Source of the DNA: an uncultured delta proteobacterium | GTDB lineage: Bacteria > Desulfobacterota > Desulfomonilia > UBA1062 | NCBI GenBank assembly: GCA_963798485.1 | Contig: CAWCTR010000021.1 | Location: 64,001 to 128,000, forward strand | DNA length: 64,000 nucleotides | Reading direction: 5' to 3' | Shown here: one piece after another, positions 60,506-64,000 of the stretch | Numbering within the stretch: the stretch's first letter is position 1 | Layout of the letters: the number at the start of each line of letters is the position of its first letter | Notes under the pieces: generated by a model | The model's input: the letters and a program-made list of their open reading frames with translations, nothing else | Databases searched by the model: none | What the model was told of the DNA's origin: nothing | Program-made: the position numbers and the translations under genes

Positions 60506-63500
60506 ATGAACTTCACCGACATCTTCATACGCCGTCCTGTGCTGGCCACCGTGGTCAGTCTGCTGATCCTGGTGCTGGGATTACGGTCCATTGACCTGCT
60601 GCCTGTCCGTCAGTACCCGCTAACGCAAAACGCAGTGGTAACGGTATCCACCGTATATACCGGGGCAGACCCCGATCTGGTATCCGGATTCATTACCACC
60701 CCGCTGGAAAACTCCATTGCCCAGGCCAACGGCATAGACTACCTCACCTCGTCGAGCACACAGAGCGTAAGCACCATCACGGCTAACCTGCGCCTGAACT
60801 ACGACGCGAACAAGGCCCTGACCGAGATCAATACAAAGGTCAACGCGGTTCTCAACCAGCTTCCCAAGGAATCGCAGCAGCCTGTGATCAATCTGTCCAC
60901 CGGTGAAACCATTGGCTCTATGATCATCGGTTTTTACAGCAAGGATCTGCCTTCGAACAAGATAACGGATTACCTCATCCGGGTGGTGCAGCCCAAATTG
61001 CAGACCGTCGAAGGCGTGCAGACGGCCGAGATCCTCGGCAAAAAAGAGTTCGCGCTAAGGGCCTGGCTCGACCCGGCAAAGATGGCCGCCTACGGTGTGA
61101 GTGCAACAGAGGTGAGCAGCGCGCTATCCGCCAATGACTTTATCTCGGCCCTGGGCCGGACAAAGGGGCAGATGGTGACCGTGAACCTCACCGCTGCCAC
61201 AGGTCTTCACTCGGCCGATGAGTTCCGCAACCTGGTTATCAAGTCGGTAAATGGCGCCATCGTCCGCCTGGGTGATGTGGCCAATGTCACGCTCGGTGCA
61301 GATAACTACGACATTTCGGTGCGTTTTGACGGCAAGAGCGCCGTGTTCATGAATATCAAGGTGGCGCCCAATGCAAACCTGCTCACGGTGGCGGACGGCG
61401 TGCGCAAGGTGTTCCCTCCAATCCAGAAGCAGTTGCCCCAAGGCCTTGATGCCCGTATCGTCTATGATGCCACGGATTATGTAAACAGCTCCATCAGAGA
61501 GGTGGTTACCACCCTCATAGAGGCCCTGCTCATAGTAACCCTGGTGATCTTCCTTTCCTTAGGCTCAATCAGATCAGTGATAATCCCGACCGTGGCCATC
61601 CCGCTGTCTCTGGTCGGTGCATTCTTCATTATGCTTGCGCTGGGCTATACCATCAATCTTATGACGTTGCTCGCACTGGTGCTCGCCATTGGCCTTGTGG
61701 TGGATGACGCCATTATCGTGGTGGAGAACGTGCACCGCCATATGGAGGAGGGGGTCCCGCTTCTGCAGGCGGCCATACAGGGAGCGCGTGAACTTGGGGG
61801 GCCCATTATCGCCATGACCGTTGTACTCATTGCCGTGTATGTCCCCATCGGTTTCATGGGCGGCCTCACCGGGGCGCTTTTCACCGAGTTCGCATACACA
61901 CTGGCCGGTGCCGTGCTGGTATCGGCCATTATAGCGCTGACGCTCTCGCCTATGATGTGTTCGCGTTATCTCAAGCACGCAGGCCCGGGTGAGCGGCACC
62001 GCTTCACGGACTTTATCGACGGCCAGTTCAACCGGCTGCGTTCGCGTTATGAGAGGATGCTCAAGGGTGCGCTCAACACGCTGAGCGTTCTCGGGGTGTT
62101 TGCTGCGATCATCCTGGCGAGCAATTACTTTTTATTTGCAAGCTCCAAGAGCGAGCTCGCGCCCCAGGAGGACCAAGGTTTCATCATCTCCATGATAACG
62201 GCAGCCCCTGACGCCAGCCTGCAGCAGACGCAGCTCTATTCGAAGCAAGTTGCAAAGATAGTGGCCCCGATACCGGAAATCGAGCATCTCTTCCAGGTCG
62301 AGGGTTTCAACGGGCTTAACTCGGGCTTTGCAGGCCTGGTGCTGAAGCCGTGGGATAAACGGACACGCACGACTAAGGTATTGCAGCCTGAAATACAAAC
62401 CAGGCTTCGAGAGATCACGGGTGCCAATGCCGTGGCGTTCCAGCCTGCGCCGCTGCCCGGAACCGGTCATGGCCTGCCGGTACAGTTCGTGATAGGCACC
62501 ACCGATTCCTTCGAGAGGCTGAACGTGGTTTCCCAGGCGTTCATAGACAAGGCGCATGCGAGCGGCTTGTTCATGTTCGTGGATACGGACCTCAAGATCG
62601 ACAGGCCGCAGACCATTGTGGAGTTCGACCGAGACAAGGCTGCACAAATGGGCCTGACAATGGCCGATGTAGGCAGTGCGCTGGCCTCCATGCTGGGGGG
62701 GGGGTATGTCAACTACTTCAGCCTGTCCGGGCGTTCGTATAAGGTGATTCCCCAGGTGATACAAAGCGAACGGCTTACCGCAGACCAGCTGGAGAATTAC
62801 TACATCAAAACTTCAAGCAGCGTATCCATACCTGTTTCCACTATAGCGAACTTGAAAAGCACGGTGGTGCCGGAATCCATCAACCACTTCCAGCAGCTCA
62901 ACAGCGCCACCATATCAGGGGTCCTCACACCGGGCATCACCCTGGGGCAGGCCCTTGACTCTCTTAAGATGATCGCCGACGACACACTGCCGGAAGGTTA
63001 CAGCATCGACTATGGGGGCGAGTCACGTCAGTATGTGCAGGAATCCAGTGCATTGCTTTTCACGTTCGTCTTTGCACTCATCATCATCTTCCTCGCACTG
63101 GCAGCCTTGTTCGAAAGCTTCCGCGACCCGATCATCGTGCTTATCAGCGTGCCAATGTCCATCTGCGGGGCGCTCATCTTCATCAGCCTCGGGATCGGTG
63201 GGGCGAGCTTGAACATCTATACCGAGGTTGGCATTGTGACGCTGATCGGGCTCATCAGCAAGCACGGCATCCTTATCGTGCAGTTTGCCAACGACCTGCA
63301 GCGCGAAGGCAGGAGCAAGCGCGATGCCATAGAGCAGGCCTCTGCAATCCGGTTACGGCCTATCCTCATGACCACAGCCGCCATGGTCTTGGGCATCATG
63401 CCATTGGTCTTTGCATCCGGCGCAGGCGCAGCGGGACGCTACAATATGGGCCTGGTAATTACCACCGGCATCGCCATCGGCACCCTGTTCACGCTGTTCG

Positions 63501-63595
63501 TGGTGCCTGCCATGTACCTGTTTCTTGCCACGGATCATGCCAGACAGAGGGTAAAAGAGATGGCAACAGAAGAGATCACTGGTAGCGTCGGCTGA
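60506..63595 (+). CDS. RND efflux permease (AcrB/MexW-like)
   Basis: FIRRPV.A, LAIGLVVDDAI.VVEN, IGLISKHGILIV, RLRPILMTT. Confidence 0.96.
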   Translation: MNFTDIFIRRPVLATVVSLLILVLGLRSIDLLPVRQYPLTQNAVVTVSTVYTGADPDLVSGFITTPLENSIAQANGIDYLTSSSTQSVSTITANLRLNYDANKALTEINTKVNAVLNQLPKESQQPVINLSTGETIGSMIIGFYSKDLPSNKITDYLIRVVQPKLQTVEGVQTAEILGKKEFALRAWLDPAKMAAYGVSATEVSSALSANDFISALGRTKGQMVTVNLTAATGLHSADEFRNLVIKSVNGAIVRLGDVANVTLGADNYDISVRFDGKSAVFMNIKVAPNANLLTVADGVRKVFPPIQKQLPQGLDARIVYDATDYVNSSIREVVTTLIEALLIVTLVIFLSLGSIRSVIIPTVAIPLSLVGAFFIMLALGYTINLMTLLALVLAIGLVVDDAIIVVENVHRHMEEGVPLLQAAIQGARELGGPIIAMTVVLIAVYVPIGFMGGLTGALFTEFAYTLAGAVLVSAIIALTLSPMMCSRYLKHAGPGERHRFTDFIDGQFNRLRSRYERMLKGALNTLSVLGVFAAIILASNYFLFASSKSELAPQEDQGFIISMITAAPDASLQQTQLYSKQVAKIVAPIPEIEHLFQVEGFNGLNSGFAGLVLKPWDKRTRTTKVLQPEIQTRLREITGANAVAFQPAPLPGTGHGLPVQFVIGTTDSFERLNVVSQAFIDKAHASGLFMFVDTDLKIDRPQTIVEFDRDKAAQMGLTMADVGSALASMLGGGYVNYFSLSGRSYKVIPQVIQSERLTADQLENYYIKTSSSVSIPVSTIANLKSTVVPESINHFQQLNSATISGVLTPGITLGQALDSLKMIADDTLPEGYSIDYGGESRQYVQESSALLFTFVFALIIIFLALAALFESFRDPIIVLISVPMSICGALIFISLGIGGASLNIYTEVGIVTLIGLISKHGILIVQFANDLQREGRSKRDAIEQASAIRLRPILMTTAAMVLGIMPLVFASGAGAAGRYNMGLVITTGIAIGTLFTLFVVPAMYLFLATDHARQRVKEMATEEITGSVG

Positions 63596-63614
63596 ACAAT
63601 CAGGCGTTCCCGTA

Positions 63615-64000
63615 CTACTTTTCCCAGTATGGTTTGTAGCTGTCCTTGATTGCAAGCTTCCGGTCAGTCATGAACTGCTCAAAGATATCTGATAGATAAA
63701 TGAACCTGTAGATGTCATTGATGCGCGAACAGAGCCTGGAAGCCCTGGGGCGCGATATCTCGACAAGAGAGCTCATGGTGCCGCCGGTTTTCATGTATCT
63801 GCCCAGGTCATACTTGGTGAGCATTCCCCCCATATGGAAATCTTTCTGGAGATAGAGAATGCCTGTCTTGGCATTTGCATATACCGGTACTGCACCATAA
63901 TGGGTGGCATGATGGCGTACGTCCAGTAGATTGTCGCAGTCGTTAATCATGGAGCTTATAGCAATATAGTCCTTATGCCGGTTAAGCTTGAGCCAGTATC
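63615..64000 (-). CDS. 3' part of a hypothetical protein entering from the right edge
   Basis: Frame of ORF 63615-63950 stays open to the window end (YWLKLNRHKDYIAISS-MIND...). Confidence 0.55.
   Translation of the reverse strand, partial: YWLKLNRHKDYIAISSMINDCDNLLDVRHHATHYGAVPVYANAKTGILYLQKDFHMGGMLTKYDLGRYMKTGGTMSSLVEISRPRASRLCSRINDIYRFIYLSDIFEQFMTDRKLAIKDSYKPYWEK

Overview
64 kb of bacterial chromosome, probably from an anaerobic Desulfobacterota/'deltaproteobacterial' organism (inferred from gene families). Three zones. (1) ~0.3-11.5 kb: a membrane AraC regulator with a lipid/acyl-CoA catabolic operon, then a repeat-dense accessory patch holding two toxin-antitoxin modules whose toxins are both broken. 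(2) ~11.6-54.8 kb: a very large nitrogen/glutamine island. It has an APC amino-acid permease fused to a PII domain, a second PII, two paralogous GAF-AAA+ (NifA-like) sigma54 activators, asnB, glnD (two frameshifts), glnB, amtB, a split glutamate synthase, glnA, carA, a giant GlmS-like protein, carB and pyrG. Inside it sits a 14-kb, 10-gene minus-strand operon interleaving MvhD-like, MetF, a second split glutamate synthase, HdrC/B/A(L), MvhD and MetV. (3) ~54.8-64 kb: CDF transporter, M23 peptidase, Bcp and an RND efflux pump. Best candidates for undescribed biology: the Hdr-MetVF-glutamate synthase operon (atypical MetF, degenerate second FMN subunit) and the permease-PII fusion module with its own sigma54 activator. 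No tRNA, rRNA, CRISPR array or intact transposase/integrase was recognised. All calls come from motif reading by eye; no searches were run.
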